A stretch of 63,994 nt of DNA, the filler included, from Asterionella formosa (taxonomy: Eukaryota): assembly GCA_002256025.1 (NCBI GenBank). It is 22 parts of 22 records of this genome, joined end to end, with 100 filler letters (N's around TTAATTAATTAA, not from the genome) between each part and the next. Parts side by side here need not be neighbours in the genome. Positions count along the whole stretch, not along the records: positions 62,366 to 63,994 come from NKIB01001653.1; 21 more parts are not named here. One strand, given 5' to 3'. The notes beneath the pieces are model-generated. The model did no database searches and was not told the DNA's origin. It saw only the letters and a list, made by a program, of their open reading frames with translations. A program made the translations under genes and the position numbers. Positions 62,390 through 63,994 of the stretch are shown one piece after another. Every line of letters begins with the position of its first letter. Within the stretch, counting starts at the first letter, position 1.

Positions 62390-63706
62390 ATGAGACTGGA
62401 CGACGACGATCAAAGGTCGATGGAAGGCATCATCAAGCTTGCTACTGCTTATGAGGATATCCAAGACTTGGATTCTGACGAGGAGTCGTTCGCTGATCTC
62501 TATGCTGTCATTGAAGGAAGAGCAAGGTCCAAGCCATCCATTTCGTCACTGGATGATATCAAGCAGCAGACTCATAGTAAAAGCGCCAGATTTAGCAGCC
62601 GTTTGGAAGAGGACAAACGAATTCATCGCACCAGTACTGTGCTTCAGTCAGAGCATGATCATCGACAAAGTGATCGAACACGACGACATGTTGTAAGGTC
62701 CCACAGTCCCCCTCCTGTTGCTGGATCAGGAAGCTCATCAAGACAGCATCAGCCCAGTCGAGAAACTCCCCTTGAACAGAGGTATCGCTTTCATCAAGAG
62801 AACATGAAAATGAATCGAGCGCCATTGTCGTCAGTGGATCGAGTGCGCAGTGGAGCGGCAGAATCGTGTGACAGGAATAAAGCAAGCACAGGACATCGTC
62901 AATTGGAAGATAGAAAGGTCCCGGCACAAGTAGTATTGACTACTCAGTCTGATCATTCACGAGGAAGACGCAAAAGTTCACCAACCTCTTCTACTAAACC
63001 CCAAGAATTACGCCCAGTTAGCGCAGCACAGTTTTTTCATGATCGTCCAGTTCATTTGCTTTCCATACCGTCCATACCAAGGGATCTTGGACCCCTGATA
63101 CCCAACCCGGAAACCAGCTTCAAAACCTCAGACAGCAAGACTGCTACTACAACGCGGCGTCTTTTGGGTAGACCAGCAGTTCGCATCGAGAAATTGATGG
63201 GAGACGAGGATCCTGGACCTCGACCTCGATGTGACATTATAGTGACCACACAAGGGAGAAATGGTCTCACTATGCATCAGAGACATGGGGCTACTACTGC
63301 TTGTGCTGCGGATAGGAATCACATCATCGGACAAAAGCAAAGTGCTTTGCATCAACCAAGGTCTAACAGTTCACTGAACAGTGTGGAACCAGATCCATGG
63401 GATCACACCAACGACAAAATTATGTGTTCCAACGCTACTGGAAAGAGCAATTCGGATACAAAAACGTCATCTTTGCAAGCAAAAAAGCAAACGCGAAAAC
63501 TTTCGTGGCAAAGTATCACCGCCTTGAAGCCAACAACCATGCTGTCGCGTCGCGTGTCATATGATAATGCTTCTGCTTTGTCAGCGACACGCAAATTGTC
63601 GTCCTCATCTCCTTGTGAGCTGTCAGCATCTGGTCTCCAACGCGAGGATGAACAAGAAATGACAGATAGTAGCAGAAAGAAGTACATGGACATGTTGTTC
63701 AGTTAA
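62390..63706 (+). CDS. Hypothetical Ser/Arg-rich, probably disordered protein
   Basis: 438 aa uninterrupted ORF; no recognisable domain; the true start may lie outside the contig. Confidence 0.55.
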   Translation: MRLDDDDQRSMEGIIKLATAYEDIQDLDSDEESFADLYAVIEGRARSKPSISSLDDIKQQTHSKSARFSSRLEEDKRIHRTSTVLQSEHDHRQSDRTRRHVVRSHSPPPVAGSGSSSRQHQPSRETPLEQRYRFHQENMKMNRAPLSSVDRVRSGAAESCDRNKASTGHRQLEDRKVPAQVVLTTQSDHSRGRRKSSPTSSTKPQELRPVSAAQFFHDRPVHLLSIPSIPRDLGPLIPNPETSFKTSDSKTATTTRRLLGRPAVRIEKLMGDEDPGPRPRCDIIVTTQGRNGLTMHQRHGATTACAADRNHIIGQKQSALHQPRSNSSLNSVEPDPWDHTNDKIMCSNATGKSNSDTKTSSLQAKKQTRKLSWQSITALKPTTMLSRRVSYDNASALSATRKLSSSSPCELSASGLQREDEQEMTDSSRKKYMDMLFS

Positions 63707-63994
63707 TTCATCATTGAGTAGTGGTATTCGGGGAAATCAATTGAACTAGTAACGTAACGTAACGTAACGTAATAGTCCGAATGATGGATATTCCTCGCTC
63801 TAGCTTTAAATAATTGTGAGAGCTCTATGCATGGTTTCTTCAGGTAGTGGACTCAATACTAGTATATGTGTCAGTATTCGACCAATTTACACTTCTGCTT
63901 GTCGCTATAGTGATGTACATGGCTGGTGTGTGTTTCTCCAACAATGGCTGACGACGAGTATCAACTTTTGGTGCTTTTGTCGAACACAATTTGT

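Noticed and set aside
63749..63773. (GTAAC)n run, and the (GAT)n run at 58859-58888
   Set aside because: Ordinary microsatellites.

Overview
Eukaryotic genomic DNA, most likely a diatom or related stramenopile. This is inferred from short GT-AG introns, diatom-type (CoDi) Copia elements, a CryptonS-like recombinase, bipartite plastid-targeting-like N-termini and TTAGGG repeats. Positions 1-27120 are one contig. It holds a decayed Copia retrotransposon, a housekeeping block (eIF3f, DUF2009, prolyl 4-hydroxylase, SEH1, HMCES/SRAP, sphingosine kinase, Mei2-like), a Mutator-like remnant and the start of a Crypton-like tyrosine recombinase. From 27121 onward the window is 21 unrelated contigs of about 1.65 kb joined by artificial N44-TTAATTAATTAA-N44 linkers, so adjacency there is not biological. 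These contigs carry fragments of several Copia families, mariner and Harbinger relics, ABCB, APS kinase, LRR, PRP16 and a Crinkler-like gene. The top finding is a Copia 5' LTR (42114-42281) followed by no tRNA-type primer-binding site. Instead, a 12-mer abutting the LTR is the exact reverse complement of a 12-mer inside the LTR, the arrangement expected for Tf1-style self-primed reverse transcription. Other notable items are telomeric repeats at a rearrangement junction in an ABCB gene, strong CpG-deamination decay of transposons, recurrent insertions starting A|TCTA, repeated motifs upstream of the Crypton recombinase, and a 366-nt foldback. All family assignments come from motif recognition, not database searches.
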